A DNA stretch of 64,000 nucleotides from Gammaproteobacteria bacterium (GTDB lineage Bacteria > Pseudomonadota > Gammaproteobacteria > Tenderiales > Tenderiaceae). The DNA is taken from positions 2,503-66,502 of the forward strand of contig JAKFXL010000036.1 of the NCBI GenBank assembly GCA_021731365.1, given 5' to 3'. The stretch's first letter is position 1. Every line of letters begins with the position of its first letter. The position numbers were made by a program, and so were the translations under genes. Shown piece after piece: positions 40,301-52,566 of this stretch. The notes beneath the pieces were generated by a model that was not told where the DNA came from, did not search any database, and saw only the letters and a list, made by a program, of their open reading frames with translations.

Positions 40301-41443
40301 ATGAGCGTATATCTCGATCATAATGCCACCACGCCGGTTGATAGGCGGGTGTTTGAGGTTATGTTGCCTTATCTGCAGCAGCATTATGGGAACCCCTCGG
40401 CGCTCTACCGCCGTGGCAGATATGCGCGACAGGCGGTTGAAACCGCCCGGGAGCAGGTGGCCCAGCTGGTCAATGCCCACCCCTCTCAGGTTGTGTTTAC
40501 CAGCGGCGGTAGTGAAGCCAATGGTTTGGCGATCAGGGGGGCAATCCCTAATATGTACTCTTTGGCTGTCAGTGCTGTGGAACACGCCTCTGTGCTGGAG
40601 AGCGCTCAAGCGGTTGCCCGTCAAGGGGTAAAGCTGGGGATTGTCGCCGTTGATGATAATGGCCGGGTGACTGAGTCCGCGCTGGCCTCTGCGTTGACGC
40701 ACCAGCCGCAGCTGGTCTCGGTGATGGTGGCCAACAATGAGACTGGGGTGGTTCAGGACATTGCTCAGTTAGCGCTGTTGTCCCATGCCCATGGCGCTCT
40801 GTTCCATACGGATGCCGTGCAGGCTGCTGGAAAGATGGTTCTGGACTTTAAGTCGCTGGGCGTAGATTTGATGACTTTGTCGGCCCATAAGCTCTATGGG
40901 CCAAAAGGGGTGGGGGCTTTGATCTGCGATAGTCGGGTTGAGTTGACGCCTCAGATCCTGGGTGGCGGCCAAGAGCATGGTATGCGTTCTGGTACTGAAA
41001 ATGTGGCCGCCATTGTGGGTTTTGGCAAGGCCGCTGAGTTGGCTGGCTGTGAGTTGGATATTCGCCAATCACATGTGAGTGGTTTGCGAAGCAGTCTGGA
41101 GCAGCAGTTGGCCCAGATGGGTGAGGTGGTGGTGTTTGCCCAACAGGTACAGCGCCTACCCAATACAGTGTTTTTGGCGATTCCGGGTATTGACGGTGAA
41201 ACGTTGTTGATGGAACTCGATAGGATGAACATCGAGGTCTCCAGCGGTTCAGCGTGTGATAGTCGTAAGATTGGCCCCAGTCATGTGTTGTTGGCAATGG
41301 GCGTTGATGAGTTGATAGCGCGCTGTTCGATACGAATCAGTTTTGGCCGTGATAGCAGCGAAGCTGACGTCACAGCGCTGGTGTCCGCGCTAAAACAACA
41401 GGTAGAGACCCTGCAATCAGCATCGTTGCTGGCATGGGTTTAA
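40301..41443 (+). CDS. Additional group I cysteine desulfurase (IscS-like paralog)
   Basis: YLDHNATTP, FHTDAVQ, SAHKLYGPKG, SSGSAC; lacks the IscS C-terminal SPLWEM tail. Confidence 0.9.
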   Translation: MSVYLDHNATTPVDRRVFEVMLPYLQQHYGNPSALYRRGRYARQAVETAREQVAQLVNAHPSQVVFTSGGSEANGLAIRGAIPNMYSLAVSAVEHASVLESAQAVARQGVKLGIVAVDDNGRVTESALASALTHQPQLVSVMVANNETGVVQDIAQLALLSHAHGALFHTDAVQAAGKMVLDFKSLGVDLMTLSAHKLYGPKGVGALICDSRVELTPQILGGGQEHGMRSGTENVAAIVGFGKAAELAGCELDIRQSHVSGLRSSLEQQLAQMGEVVVFAQQVQRLPNTVFLAIPGIDGETLLMELDRMNIEVSSGSACDSRKIGPSHVLLAMGVDELIARCSIRISFGRDSSEADVTALVSALKQQVETLQSASLLAWV

Positions 41444-41476
41444 AGCAATGAACAACAGATGTTGTGGAGATAAAAG

Positions 41477-42691
41477 ATGAGATTACCTATCTATTTAGAC
41501 TATTCGGCGACTACGCCAGTGGATCCTCGGGTTGCTGAGAAGATGATGGCAAGCCTGACAATGGACGGTAATTTTGGTAATCCCGCTTCACGTTCCCACG
41601 TTTTTGGCTGGAATGCGGATGAGGCTGTGGCTGTGGCGCGCCAGCAGGTGGCGGCGTTGATTAATGCCGACCCTAAAGAGATTGTCTGGACCTCTGGTGC
41701 CACTGAGTCTGATAACCTTGCTATTAAAGGTGCGGCTCATTTTTACCAGCGTAAAGGTAAACACATTATCACCAGCAAGACCGAACATAAGGCAGTGCTG
41801 GACAGCTGCCGTCAACTCGAGCGCGAAGGCTTTGAGGTGACCTACCTTGATCCGGAGTCTAACGGCATGATTGATCTTGCCAAACTTGAAGCCGCGATGC
41901 GTGAAGATACTATTCTTGTTTCCATCATGCATGTCAATAATGAGATTGGTGTGATTCAGGATATTGCCGCGATTGGTGAACTAACCCGCGCACGTGGAAT
42001 TATTTTTCATGTGGATGCTGCTCAGAGTGCCGGCAAGGTCGCTATTGATCTTGATAAGCTGAAGGTTGATTTGATGTCTTTTTCGGCCCATAAAATCTAC
42101 GGACCTAAAGGGATTGGTGCTTTGTATGTACGGCGCAAGCCGCGTATTCGCATTGAGGCACAGATGCATGGTGGCGGCCATGAACGTGGCATGCGTTCTG
42201 GTACTTTACCAGTCCATCAGATTGTGGGTATGGGAGAGGCCTTCCGTATTGCTAAGGATGAGATGGCGCTGGAAAACAAGCGTATCCGCCTGCTTCGTGA
42301 TCGTCTTTGGAACGGATTGGTCGGGATGGAGGAGGTCTATCTGAATGGTGATGCGCAGCATGGTGTTGATGGTAATCTGAACGTGAGCTTCAACTTTGTT
42401 GAAGGAGAGTCGTTGATTATGGCCGTGAAAGATGTGGCGGTCTCATCCGGGTCGGCGTGTACTTCAGCCAGTCTTGAGCCCTCCTATGTATTGCGTGCGA
42501 TTGGCCGTAACGATGAACTGGCCCACAGCTCGATCCGTTTCAGTATCGGTCGGTTCACCACGGCGGATGATGTGGATTACACCATTCAGTTGATGAAGGA
42601 TAAGGTTGCCAAGCTTCGTGAAATGTCGCCCCTGTGGGAGATGTACCAGGATGGTATAGATTTGAATAGCGTGCAGTGGGCCGCCCATTAA
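41477..42691 (+). CDS. iscS: Cysteine desulfurase IscS
   Basis: [30 protein letters not shown]. Confidence 0.97.
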   Translation: MRLPIYLDYSATTPVDPRVAEKMMASLTMDGNFGNPASRSHVFGWNADEAVAVARQQVAALINADPKEIVWTSGATESDNLAIKGAAHFYQRKGKHIITSKTEHKAVLDSCRQLEREGFEVTYLDPESNGMIDLAKLEAAMREDTILVSIMHVNNEIGVIQDIAAIGELTRARGIIFHVDAAQSAGKVAIDLDKLKVDLMSFSAHKIYGPKGIGALYVRRKPRIRIEAQMHGGGHERGMRSGTLPVHQIVGMGEAFRIAKDEMALENKRIRLLRDRLWNGLVGMEEVYLNGDAQHGVDGNLNVSFNFVEGESLIMAVKDVAVSSGSACTSASLEPSYVLRAIGRNDELAHSSIRFSIGRFTTADDVDYTIQLMKDKVAKLREMSPLWEMYQDGIDLNSVQWAAH

Positions 42692-42724
42692 GTGAACGTC
42701 TAGTTAATTTGAGAGGAACAGATC

Positions 42725-43108
42725 ATGGCCTATAGCGATAAATTAATGGATCATTACGAGAACCCCCGTAATGTGGGTTCGTTTGAAAAGACAGATACGG
42801 CGGTTGGCACGGGCATGGTGGGTGCGCCCGCCTGTGGCGATGTCATGAAGTTACAGATCAAGGTGAATGAGCAGGGCATAATTGAAGATGCCCGCTTTAA
42901 AACCTACGGTTGTGGCTCAGCGATTGCCTCCAGTTCCCTGCTGACAGAGTGGGTGAAGGGTAAAACCTTGGATGAAGCGTCGCAAATTAAGAATGTTCAG
43001 ATTGCTGAAGAGTTGGCTCTGCCACCGGTGAAGATTCACTGCTCAGTGCTGGCTGAAGATGCCATCAAGGCAGCGATTGAAGATTATCAAAAGAAACAGC
43101 AGAAATAG
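42725..43108 (+). CDS. iscU: Fe-S scaffold IscU
   Basis: APACGDVM, FKTYGCGSA, LPPVKIHC. Confidence 0.98.
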   Translation: MAYSDKLMDHYENPRNVGSFEKTDTAVGTGMVGAPACGDVMKLQIKVNEQGIIEDARFKTYGCGSAIASSSLLTEWVKGKTLDEASQIKNVQIAEELALPPVKIHCSVLAEDAIKAAIEDYQKKQQK

Positions 43109-43117
43109 GATATTGCC

Positions 43118-43441
43118 ATGGCAGTAACTCTGACAGAGCGGGCGGCAACACATGTGAGCAACTTTTTCGCCAAGCGCGGCAAAGGGGCGGGTTTGCGACT
43201 GGGCGTTAGGACAAGTGGATGTTCTGGTATGGCGTATGTGCTGGAGTTTGTAGACGCCGTTGCGCCGGAGGACCAAGTGTTTGAGGCGCATGGCGTTAAG
43301 GTGGTGATTGACCCCAAAAGCATGCTGTATCTTGATGGTACTGAGCTCGACTTTGTTAAAGAGGGGCTAAACGAAGGGTTTAAGTTTAATAATCCTAACG
43401 TCAAAGATTCGTGCGGTTGTGGCGAAAGCTTTACCGTTTAG
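43118..43441 (+). CDS. iscA: A-type Fe-S carrier IscA
   Basis: [15 protein letters not shown]. Confidence 0.97.
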   Translation: MAVTLTERAATHVSNFFAKRGKGAGLRLGVRTSGCSGMAYVLEFVDAVAPEDQVFEAHGVKVVIDPKSMLYLDGTELDFVKEGLNEGFKFNNPNVKDSCGCGESFTV

Positions 43442-43450
43442 TCTGTCGTC

Positions 43451-43984
43451 GTGGATTTTCATCAAAACTATTTTGAGCTGTTTGGTCTGCCTGTCAGCTT
43501 TGGTCTGGACGGTGGTTCGCTGACAGAGCGTTATCGTGATTTGCAGAAGGTATTGCACCCTGACCGTTTTGCCAATGCCTCAGATCAGGAGCGGCGGCTG
43601 TCGTTGCAGCAGGCGGCTCAGGTGAACAGTGCCTACGATACGTTGCGGGATCCGCTTTCGCGGGCGCGTTATCTGCTGCGGTTGCGGGGGCTTGAATATA
43701 ACGATGAGAGCAGCACGATCAGTGATCTGGAGTTTCTGGAGGAGCAGATGGGGTTGCGTGAGCAGCTGGCTGATATCCGCCATGATAAAAATCCGACCGC
43801 CCTTTTGGATGACTTTATGGCAAGGCTTGATGCCAGGAGTCGGGAATATATTGAGGGGTTGAGTGGGTTGTTTGCGTCGCCTGAAGATGTGGACATGGAA
43901 AAGGCAAAAAATCTGGTGCAGCGTATGCAGTTTATTCGTCGCCTGCAGGCAGAAGGAGAGGCGTTGGAGGAGACGTTGATGTAG
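43451..43984 (+). CDS. hscB: Co-chaperone HscB
   Basis: NYFELFGL, J-domain HPD, RARYLL. Confidence 0.95.
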   Translation: MDFHQNYFELFGLPVSFGLDGGSLTERYRDLQKVLHPDRFANASDQERRLSLQQAAQVNSAYDTLRDPLSRARYLLRLRGLEYNDESSTISDLEFLEEQMGLREQLADIRHDKNPTALLDDFMARLDARSREYIEGLSGLFASPEDVDMEKAKNLVQRMQFIRRLQAEGEALEETLM

Positions 43985-44160
43985 TCTCTCCGTTGGGCAA
44001 CCCAGACTAAGGCAGCGGTTGTGCAGACTATTTTTCCATTCTAAATCTCCATATCTTTTACTGCTCAGATTAACTCCCAGGCACCCCTGTTTTTTATGCA
44101 TCCAAGATGAATATATACTCTTTGATGAATCTATTTCTTAGATAAAGATGACAATTGATT

Positions 44161-46038
44161 ATGGCATTACTACAGATTAGTGAACCCGGCGAATCTACCG
44201 CCCCGCACCAGCATCGCTTGGCCGTCGGTATTGACCTGGGCACTACTAACTCCTTGGTGGCTACTGTGCGTAGCGGCGTAGCGGTTACCTTGCCTGGCCT
44301 GAATGGTGATTCCATGGTGCCGTCTGTGGTGCGTTACCATTCTGATGGTGGTATTGAAGTGGGTGAGTCCGCTCGTGCTGCTGCACCACAGGATCCCGAG
44401 AATACAATTATCTCTGTTAAACGGCTGATGGGGCGTAGTCTGGCTGATTTGAACCAGCAGGCGCAACGTTTCCCTTATGCGTTTGCAAAGACCGATTCCA
44501 GCGTGCCTCGTATTGTTACGGCGGCAGGAGAGGTGAGCGCGGTGGAGGTCTCGGCGGAAATTTTGAAGCTGTTGCGTCTGCGTGCCGAGGAGAGTCTGGC
44601 CGGTGAGTTGAGTGGTGCAGTGATTACGGTGCCCGCTTATTTTGATGATGCCCAACGTCAAGCGACCAAGGATGCGGCTCGTCTCGCCGGAATAAATGTG
44701 TTGCGCCTGTTGAATGAGCCGACTGCAGCGGCGGTTGCCTATGGGCTGGATCGTGGTTCGGAAGGTGTGCATGTTGTCTATGACCTGGGCGGAGGCACAT
44801 TTGATGTTTCGATTCTGCGCTTTACCCGTGGGGTATTTGAGGTCCTGGCGACGGCGGGAGACTCGGCGCTGGGGGGGGACGATTTTGATCATCTGCTGGC
44901 TCAATGGCTGATGGCGCAGGCGGGCATTGCTGATGACCTGGGTCATAAACAGTTGCGTGCGCTCCTGCATCAGGCCCGCGCCGTTAAAGAGCAGTTGAGC
45001 AGTGAGCTGGTGGTTGCTGTTGAGGTTGTACGTGCTGACGGTTCGATATGGGCGGGCGACATTGACCGGTCTACCTTTAATGAGATTATCACCCCGCTTG
45101 TCAAAAAAACCTTGTTACCTTGTCGCCGTACGCTGCGTGACTCGGGTGTGTCGTTGGAAGAGATTGCCGATGTGGTGATGGTGGGTGGCTCTACACGTGT
45201 GCCGTTGGTGCGCGAACAGGTCGGCCAGTTTTTCCAGTGCCAGCCACTGGTTGATATCGATCCCGATAAAGTAGTGGCCATAGGTGCGGCCATTCAGGCC
45301 GACATTCTGGTGGGCAATAAACCCGATAACGAGATGTTGCTACTGGATGTCATTCCGCTCTCCCTGGGGCTTGAGACCATGGGGGCACTGGTGGAAAAGG
45401 TGGTGCCACGGAACACAACCATTCCAACGACACGTGCCCAGGAGTTTACAACCTTTAAAGATGGTCAGACGGCAATGAGTATCCATGTATTGCAGGGCGA
45501 GCGTGAAATGGTGGACGATTGCCGTTCACTGGCGCGTTTTGAGCTGCGTGGTATCCCCGCCATGGTTGCCGGTGCAGCCCGCATTCTGGTCACGTTTCAG
45601 GTCGATGCGGATGGTTTGTTGAGTGTCAGTGCGGAAGAGACGGTGAGTGGTGTTCGTAGTAGCATCGAGGTGAAACCATCGTACGGTTTGCAGGAGAGCG
45701 AGATTGAAACGATGTTGCGCGACTCGTTCACCCATGCAAAGGAAGACATGAGCGTGCGTGCATTGCGCGAGCAGCAGGTGGATGCCGACCGTGTGCTGGT
45801 GTCGCTGGCGGCGGCACTGGCGGCTGATGGTGATGTGCTGTTATCAGCCACAGAGCGTGGTGTGATTGATGTTAATATCAACCAGTTGCAGCAGGCGCGT
45901 ATGGGAAGTGACATCCAGGCTATCAAACAGGCCATTGAAAATCTTGATCAGGTGACCGATAGCTACGCCCAGCGACGCATGGATGCCAGTGTTAAAAAGG
46001 TGCTCACAGGGCACCGGCTCGATGACTTTAAGGCATGA
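44161..46038 (+). CDS. hscA: Chaperone HscA
   Basis: [27 protein letters not shown]; position in isc operon. Confidence 0.97.
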   Translation: MALLQISEPGESTAPHQHRLAVGIDLGTTNSLVATVRSGVAVTLPGLNGDSMVPSVVRYHSDGGIEVGESARAAAPQDPENTIISVKRLMGRSLADLNQQAQRFPYAFAKTDSSVPRIVTAAGEVSAVEVSAEILKLLRLRAEESLAGELSGAVITVPAYFDDAQRQATKDAARLAGINVLRLLNEPTAAAVAYGLDRGSEGVHVVYDLGGGTFDVSILRFTRGVFEVLATAGDSALGGDDFDHLLAQWLMAQAGIADDLGHKQLRALLHQARAVKEQLSSELVVAVEVVRADGSIWAGDIDRSTFNEIITPLVKKTLLPCRRTLRDSGVSLEEIADVVMVGGSTRVPLVREQVGQFFQCQPLVDIDPDKVVAIGAAIQADILVGNKPDNEMLLLDVIPLSLGLETMGALVEKVVPRNTTIPTTRAQEFTTFKDGQTAMSIHVLQGEREMVDDCRSLARFELRGIPAMVAGAARILVTFQVDADGLLSVSAEETVSGVRSSIEVKPSYGLQESEIETMLRDSFTHAKEDMSVRALREQQVDADRVLVSLAAALAADGDVLLSATERGVIDVNINQLQQARMGSDIQAIKQAIENLDQVTDSYAQRRMDASVKKVLTGHRLDDFKA

Positions 46039-46117
46039 TACAAACCCCGCTGGGTGACTAGTATTGGTGGGTTCCTTGCTTTTGCAGTGAATGGTTTAGA
46101 AAAACGGAACAGTGATT

Positions 46118-46456
46118 ATGACAAAGATAGTCTTTTTACCCCATGCCGAACTCTGCCCAGCAGGTTTGGTGGTGGACGTGGCCCCAGGCACTACTATTCT
46201 GGATGCGGCACTTGATAATGGAATTGAGCTGGAGCATGCCTGTGACAAGTCCTGCGCCTGTACCACCTGTCACGTTATTGTGCGTGAAGGTTTTGATTCG
46301 CTTAATGAAACAGATGAGCTTGAGGATGACCTGCTCGACAAAGCCTGGGGATTGGAGCCTGAATCACGGCTCGGCTGTCAGGTGGCTGTCCATAGTAAGG
46401 ATCTGGTGGTAGAGATACCTAAATACACCATTAACATGGTCTCTGAAGGCCACTAA
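46118..46456 (+). CDS. fdx: ISC [2Fe-2S] ferredoxin
   Basis: HACDKSCACTTCH, SRLGCQ, IPKYTIN. Confidence 0.96.
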   Translation: MTKIVFLPHAELCPAGLVVDVAPGTTILDAALDNGIELEHACDKSCACTTCHVIVREGFDSLNETDELEDDLLDKAWGLEPESRLGCQVAVHSKDLVVEIPKYTINMVSEGH

Positions 46457-46477
46457 CATAAACGTGGGGAGCTGAAC

Positions 46478-46678
46478 ATGGGACTGAAATGGACTGATTC
46501 ATTGGATGTGGCGATAGCCCTGGATGAGGCCCATCCTGACGTTGACCCCAAAGGGATCCGTTTTACCGACCTTTTGCAGTGGGTGCTGGCGCTGGAGGAG
46601 TTTGATGATACTGAAGAGCGTTGTGGCGAGAAAATTCTTGAGGCGATCCAGATGGCATGGATTGAAGAGCGAGAGTAG
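46478..46678 (+). CDS. iscX: Fe-S assembly protein IscX
   Basis: LKWTD, IRFTDL, EKILEAIQMAW. Confidence 0.95.
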   Translation: MGLKWTDSLDVAIALDEAHPDVDPKGIRFTDLLQWVLALEEFDDTEERCGEKILEAIQMAWIEERE

Positions 46679-46810
46679 TGCCAACGCCGTTAACGGTGGC
46701 GGATAGCGCCCGAAACAGGTAAAATGCGCCAAGTTTTTAGGTAAGTATAGGCCTGCGTTAAACGCGGGCCTGTTGCTATTTATGAGTTAGAAAACTAAGG
46801 AGACTCTCCC

Positions 46811-47236
46811 ATGGCTGTTGAACGTACATTGTCTATTATTAAACCTGACGCAGTTGCCAAAAATGTGATTGGCAAAATCTACAGTCGTTTTGAAAGTGCC
46901 GGCCTGAAGGTTGTTGCTGCTAAAATGGCACAGCTGAGTCGCGCAGAGGCTGAAGGCTTCTATGCGGTACACAAGGCGCGCCCTTTCTTTAACGATCTGG
47001 TGAGTTTCATGATCTCTGGCCCGGTGATGATCCAGGCCCTTGAAGGCGAAGGCGCTGTTGCCATGAACCGTCAGTTAATGGGTGCCACCAACCCAAAAGA
47101 GGCCGAAGCAGGTACTATTCGCGCTGATTTTGCTGACTCAATCGATGCCAATGCAGTACACGGTTCTGACAGTGCTGAAAATGCAGCGATCGAAATTGCG
47201 TATTTCTTCAGCACTACCGAAATCTGTTCACGTTAA
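46811..47236 (+). CDS. ndk: Nucleoside diphosphate kinase
   Basis: [19 protein letters not shown]. Confidence 0.98.
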   Translation: MAVERTLSIIKPDAVAKNVIGKIYSRFESAGLKVVAAKMAQLSRAEAEGFYAVHKARPFFNDLVSFMISGPVMIQALEGEGAVAMNRQLMGATNPKEAEAGTIRADFADSIDANAVHGSDSAENAAIEIAYFFSTTEICSR

Positions 47237-47249
47237 GAGGTGAATCAAC

Positions 47250-48356
47250 TTGAGTGATACCAAGGTCAATCTACTTGGCCTAGATCGCAAAGGTCTTGAG
47301 GCCTTCTTCACCAACATGGGGGAGAAGGCCTTTCGTGCTTCACAAGTAATGAAGTGGATTCATCAATTTGGGGTCAACGACTTTGATGAGATGAACAACA
47401 TTGCTAAAGGATTAAGAGAGCAGCTTAAAGAGGTGGCGGAACTACGCGCCCCTGAGTTGGTTCTGGATCAGGCCTCCAGCGACGGTACTCATAAATGGGT
47501 ATTGCGGCTTGATAGTGGTAACTGCATTGAAACGGTATTAATCCCTGAAGGGGAGCGTGGCACTCTGTGTGTTTCATCTCAGGTTGGGTGTGCACTCGAC
47601 TGCTCATTTTGCGCAACGGGCAAACAGGGTTTTAACCGCAATCTCACCACGGCAGAAATTGTCGGTCAGCTGCGTGCGGCCTATCAATACTATGGTGCCA
47701 CCCACCGTGATAAACGGATCATTACCAATGTGGTCATGATGGGCATGGGTGAGCCACTGCTGAATTTTGATAATGTTGTTGCGGCCATGAATATCATGAC
47801 TGACGACGACTGTTATGGCCTGTCAAAACGGCGGGTCACATTGAGTACGGCCGGTGTTGTTCCGGCGATGCGGCGGTTGGCGGAGGAGAGCGACGTAAGT
47901 CTGGCAGTATCGTTGCACGCCCCTAATGACGAACTGCGCAATGTTTTAGTGCCGCTTAACTGTAAGTATCCGCTTAAAGAGTTGATGGCGGCGTGCAGAC
48001 ACTACGTTGAGGTAGGTAACAAACGTAAAATCACTTTTGAGTATGTGATGCTTGATGGTGTGAATGATAAACCCGAACATGCACGACAGATGATTCAGCT
48101 GTTGAAGGGGATACCCTCTAAAATCAATCTGATTCCATTTAATCCGTTCCCGCAGTCACAATATCGTCGCTCTTCTGATGAAACCATCAGACATTTTCGG
48201 GATATATTGGCAGCCGGTGGTTTGACCACCGTGACACGTCGAACCCGTGGTGACGATATCGATGCAGCATGTGGCCAACTGGTAGGTAAGGTGATGGATC
48301 GTACCAAGCGTAATCTTCCCAAAGCAGGTGATGCATTACAGGAGCTGGGGGGATGA
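47250..48356 (+). CDS. rlmN: Dual-specificity RNA methyltransferase RlmN
   Basis: CALDCSFC radical SAM motif, [14 protein letters not shown]. Confidence 0.97.
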   Translation: MSDTKVNLLGLDRKGLEAFFTNMGEKAFRASQVMKWIHQFGVNDFDEMNNIAKGLREQLKEVAELRAPELVLDQASSDGTHKWVLRLDSGNCIETVLIPEGERGTLCVSSQVGCALDCSFCATGKQGFNRNLTTAEIVGQLRAAYQYYGATHRDKRIITNVVMMGMGEPLLNFDNVVAAMNIMTDDDCYGLSKRRVTLSTAGVVPAMRRLAEESDVSLAVSLHAPNDELRNVLVPLNCKYPLKELMAACRHYVEVGNKRKITFEYVMLDGVNDKPEHARQMIQLLKGIPSKINLIPFNPFPQSQYRRSSDETIRHFRDILAAGGLTTVTRRTRGDDIDAACGQLVGKVMDRTKRNLPKAGDALQELGG

Positions 48357-49084
48357 GGCTACCCACACTGCTGGTGATGATCACGGCTGTTTTACTGTTG
48401 CAGGGATGTGTTCAGACGGGTGGTCCCAAGGGATCGGCGGAAACGGCTGAAGCGGTACGTATTTATAGTGATCTTGGGCTGGGGTATCTACGTCAGGGCA
48501 AACTTGACCAAGCGCTGCAGAAGCTGCAGCGCGCCTTAGAACTAAACAGCAGAGACCCCGCCTCTAACCACTATATCGCCGAAGTATACAAACAGATGGA
48601 GGAGACCAAGCTGGCAGATCTCTATTTTGAGAAGGCAGCAGAACTCGATCCTAAAAACCCCATGTTGCTGAATAACTATGGGGCGTTTCTGTGTGAGCAA
48701 TCGCGTTTTGCCGATGCAGAAAAATATTTCTTGCGTGCCGCAGAGCTGCCCCGTTATCAAACGCCAGAGCTGGCCTATGAAAATCTTGCACTTTGTGTGC
48801 TGAGAATGAATAACCCGGTTCAGGCGGAAGTCTATTTCCGCAAGGCATTGGCGATCAATCCAAAGTTGCAAAAATCACTCTACCAGATGGCGCAGATCAG
48901 TTACGACAATAAAGAGTACTTGACGGCGCGGGCGTTTGTGCAGCGGTTTCACAGTGTTATAGATCCGTCAGAGCTGGGGTTGAAACTGGCCATTAAAATT
49001 GAACAGGCACTGGGTAATGAAGCGGCGGTGCAAGAGTACCGACAGGCGTTAAAAAAACGTTTTCCTGATGCAGCGGTAGAGTAG
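48353..49084 (+). CDS. pilW: Type IV pilus pilotin lipoprotein PilW/PilF
   Basis: Lipobox LQGC, TPRs, NNYGAFLC; conserved position after rlmN. Confidence 0.9.
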   Translation: MRLPTLLVMITAVLLLQGCVQTGGPKGSAETAEAVRIYSDLGLGYLRQGKLDQALQKLQRALELNSRDPASNHYIAEVYKQMEETKLADLYFEKAAELDPKNPMLLNNYGAFLCEQSRFADAEKYFLRAAELPRYQTPELAYENLALCVLRMNNPVQAEVYFRKALAINPKLQKSLYQMAQISYDNKEYLTARAFVQRFHSVIDPSELGLKLAIKIEQALGNEAAVQEYRQALKKRFPDAAVE

Positions 49085-49101
49085 TGACGGGTGAATAAAG
49101 G

Positions 49102-50001
49102 ATGAACAGGCCGGTGGAACAAGAGAGCGACATGGAACAATCCGCGCAGAGTGGTGCTTGGGGCAAACGTCTGGCGGCTATTCGTGAGAAAAACGGTGTT
49201 ACTGTCAGCGCAGTGGCTGCAGAGTTGCGGCTTGAGCCAAAAATGGTGGAGTTGATTGAAGCTGAAGATCTGGATCAGCTCCCGACTGCACCCTTTGTGA
49301 AGGGGTATCTGCGTCACTATGCCCGCATGATGGACGTTGATGTGACCCCAATCCTTGAAGCCTATGGCAGGGTGTGTGGTGCGGATGCGCCGGGGCTGAC
49401 CAAGATCAACCGTCTATATGAATCGACCTCTAAAGATGCGGCACCACGTTCTACGACCTGGATCATTGTGGCGGTGATTGTGGTCTCGCTGGCGGCTTGG
49501 TGGTGGACACAGCTGATTACCTTTAAAAACGCGCCAGAAGAAGAGGCGGTTGTGGAGTTGTCAGAGGCAGTGCCAGCTACTGCGATGGATACTGTTCCGG
49601 TTGATAACGGCGCTGCTGTTAACGGTGAAGCGGGGGTGGAGCTGTTATTGCCACAGTTGCAGGGTTCGGTCGAAACACCCGCAGCAGTATCCCCTGCGCC
49701 TGAATCTGTTGCTGTGGTCAAGACGGAGGTTGCCACACCCCTCGTAGTTGCAGGAACGTCGACCATTACGTTGAAGTTTACACAAGAGTCGTGGGTTGAC
49801 ATTGCCGATGCCACAGGTGCGCGTCTGTTTGTTGATCTGGCAAAATCCAACAGTTCGCAGATAGTGACAGGCAAGCCCCCCTTTAACGTACTGTTAGGTA
49901 ATTCGGAAGGTGTGGCCATTGAGTATAACGGCAAGCCTTATGATCAGCGTCCCCACAACAGCAAGGGTGTTTCCCGCTTTACCCTGGGCGCTGCGGACTA
50001 G
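49102..50001 (+). CDS. rodZ: Cytoskeleton protein RodZ
   Basis: N-terminal HTH ([11 protein letters not shown]), single TM, C-terminal ESWVDI..DATG...LGN domain. Confidence 0.9.
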   Translation: MNRPVEQESDMEQSAQSGAWGKRLAAIREKNGVTVSAVAAELRLEPKMVELIEAEDLDQLPTAPFVKGYLRHYARMMDVDVTPILEAYGRVCGADAPGLTKINRLYESTSKDAAPRSTTWIIVAVIVVSLAAWWWTQLITFKNAPEEEAVVELSEAVPATAMDTVPVDNGAAVNGEAGVELLLPQLQGSVETPAAVSPAPESVAVVKTEVATPLVVAGTSTITLKFTQESWVDIADATGARLFVDLAKSNSSQIVTGKPPFNVLLGNSEGVAIEYNGKPYDQRPHNSKGVSRFTLGAAD

Positions 50002-50015
50002 ACAGGAGATTTTTT

Positions 50016-51140
50016 ATGGAACATAAAAGCTTAATCGTCCGTCGTAAATCACGCCAGATCATGGTGGGCAATGTGCCTGTGGGTGGTGATGCGCCTATCA
50101 CAGTACAAAGCATGACCAATACTGAGACCTGTGATGTTGCCGCAACCGTGGCGCAGATCAAGGCGCTTGAGGCTGTGGGTGCCGATATTGTCCGTGTCTC
50201 TGTGCCGAGCATGGAGGCGGCAGAGGCCTTTGGTAAAATTAAAAAACTGGTCAATGTGCCGCTGGTAGCGGATATACATTTTGATTATAAAATTGCCTTG
50301 CGTGTTGCCGAGTTGGGTGTGGATTGCCTACGTATCAACCCCGGTAATATTGGTAGCGATGAACGTGTACGTGCGGTGGTGAGTGCGGCCCGTGATAATA
50401 ATATTCCCATTCGTATCGGCGTGAATGCCGGCTCTCTGGAAAAAGATCTACAGAAGAAATATGGTGAACCTACACCAGCGGCGCTGGTGGAGTCAGCACT
50501 GCGTCATATCGACATTCTCGACAAGCTCGACTTCCAGGAGTTTAAGGTCAGCCTTAAAGCGTCGGAAATTTTTATGACAGTAGCTGCCTACCGGTTACTT
50601 GCCAGCCAGATTGAACAGCCACTGCATCTTGGTATTACCGAAGCGGGCGGTCTGCGCTCCGGCACGGTGAAGTCGTCGATTGGTCTGGGCATGTTACTGG
50701 CTGATGGCATTGGCGACACGATTCGCATCTCGCTGGCGGCCGATCCGGTGGAGGAGATCAAGGTCGGTTTTGATATTCTCAAGAGCCTGCATCTGCGTAG
50801 TAAGGGCATCAATTTGATTGCCTGCCCCTCCTGTTCACGTCAGCGTTTCAACGTCATCTCTGTCGTCAATGAACTGGAGCAGCGCCTCGAAGATGTGACC
50901 GAGCCACTCAATGTTGCCGTCATCGGTTGTGTCGTTAACGGCCCAGGGGAAGCGCGTGAAGTTGATGTGGGGTTAGCCGGTGGTGAGCCCAATCTGCTCT
51001 ACATCGATGGAAAGCCAGATCACAAAATTGGTAATGAAGGCATGGTGGATGAGCTTGAACGGGTGATCCGTCACCGTATCAAAATCAAGCAAGAGAGCAG
51101 TGGTGCCAGCTGTGTCGCCTGTCCGTCTGCTGGAAAATAG
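50016..51140 (+). CDS. ispG: HMBPP synthase IspG
   Basis: [33 protein letters not shown]. Confidence 0.98.
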   Translation: MEHKSLIVRRKSRQIMVGNVPVGGDAPITVQSMTNTETCDVAATVAQIKALEAVGADIVRVSVPSMEAAEAFGKIKKLVNVPLVADIHFDYKIALRVAELGVDCLRINPGNIGSDERVRAVVSAARDNNIPIRIGVNAGSLEKDLQKKYGEPTPAALVESALRHIDILDKLDFQEFKVSLKASEIFMTVAAYRLLASQIEQPLHLGITEAGGLRSGTVKSSIGLGMLLADGIGDTIRISLAADPVEEIKVGFDILKSLHLRSKGINLIACPSCSRQRFNVISVVNELEQRLEDVTEPLNVAVIGCVVNGPGEAREVDVGLAGGEPNLLYIDGKPDHKIGNEGMVDELERVIRHRIKIKQESSGASCVACPSAGK

Positions 51141-51151
51141 AATAGAAATTT

Positions 51152-52420
51152 ATGTCTAAACACATCCAGGCCGTTCGCGGCATGAACGATATCCTGCCAC
51201 AGCAAACACCTTATTGGCAGCGGCTGGAACAGACGGCACAACGGGTTTTTGAAGCGTACAGCTTTGAAGAGATCCGTATGCCGATCGTTGAGAGTACCGA
51301 TCTTTTTAAACGCACCATCGGTGAAGTCACCGATATTGTTGAAAAAGAGATGTACACCTTTGAGGATCGTAATGGCGATAGCCTGACCTTGCGCCCGGAA
51401 GGGACGGCGGGGTGTGTGCGTGCCGGCATTGAGAATGGCCTTCTTTATAACCAGATTCAACGGCTCTGGTATAAGGGACCGATGTTTCGCCATGAACGCC
51501 CCCAGAAAGGGCGCTATCGCCAGTTTCAACAAATTGGCGTGGAGTGTTTTGGTATGGCCGGCCCGGATGTTGATGCCGAGATGATCATGATGACCGCCCG
51601 GTTGTGGCGTGAGCTGGGGTTGACCGGGCTGGAGTTACAGATCAATACCCTCGGTTCAGCAGAGGCTAGGGCACGTTATCGTGACACCCTGGTTGAGTAC
51701 CTGAACGCCCACCACGATCAGCTGGATGAAGATAGCCAGCGCCGTCTGCTGAGTAATCCATTGCGGATTCTGGACAGTAAAAATCCGGCGATGCAGCTGA
51801 TTAACAACAATGCGCCCAAATTAATTGACGCCCTGGATGATGAATCGCGTCAGCACTTTGAACAGCTCTGTGGTTATCTTGACGATGCCGGTATTCCATA
51901 TGTGATCAATCCGCGCCTGGTGCGTGGCCTTGATTACTACAATCAAACGGTGTTTGAGTGGGTAACAGACCAGTTAGGGGCACAAGGCACTGTTTGTGCC
52001 GGTGGCCGTTTTGATGGACTGGTAGAACAGTTGGGAGGGCACAGCACGCCGGCACTCGGTTTTGCTATGGGTATAGAGCGGCTGGTATTGTTGCTGGAAG
52101 CCACAGCCAAGGTGGAAAACGCCCTCCACGCCTATCTGCTGATGATTGGTGATGACGCAGTACGCAGAGGTTTACGTCTGGCTGAGGCGTTGCGCGATAC
52201 ACTTCCGGGACTGCGTCTGCGTAGCCATTGTGGCGGTGGCAGTTTTAAGGCCCAGTTTAAAAAGGCGGATAAGAGCGGCGCAGCAGTGGCGTTGATTCTT
52301 GGCGAAGATGAGGTACAGCAAGGTGTTGTGGGGATAAAGAATCTGCGTGAACAGAACCCGCAACAGAGTGTGCCGCAGAGCGGGCTGGCAAACTATTTAA
52401 AGTCAGCACTGGCGTTGTAA
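51152..52420 (+). CDS. hisS: Histidyl-tRNA synthetase
   Basis: [29 protein letters not shown]. Confidence 0.98.
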   Translation: MSKHIQAVRGMNDILPQQTPYWQRLEQTAQRVFEAYSFEEIRMPIVESTDLFKRTIGEVTDIVEKEMYTFEDRNGDSLTLRPEGTAGCVRAGIENGLLYNQIQRLWYKGPMFRHERPQKGRYRQFQQIGVECFGMAGPDVDAEMIMMTARLWRELGLTGLELQINTLGSAEARARYRDTLVEYLNAHHDQLDEDSQRRLLSNPLRILDSKNPAMQLINNNAPKLIDALDDESRQHFEQLCGYLDDAGIPYVINPRLVRGLDYYNQTVFEWVTDQLGAQGTVCAGGRFDGLVEQLGGHSTPALGFAMGIERLVLLLEATAKVENALHAYLLMIGDDAVRRGLRLAEALRDTLPGLRLRSHCGGGSFKAQFKKADKSGAAVALILGEDEVQQGVVGIKNLREQNPQQSVPQSGLANYLKSALAL

Positions 52421-52566
52421 TAAAACAGCGCCTTGTCGTGACCAGTATGAATTGCGGAATAGCGCTGCCATAACAGCAGTGGGTAGATAGAGAGGATCTG
52501 TATCTGCCTGACAGCATTAATGTTGTGGCGGTATGTAATATTTGGATAACAGCGCGGGAGTTAACA

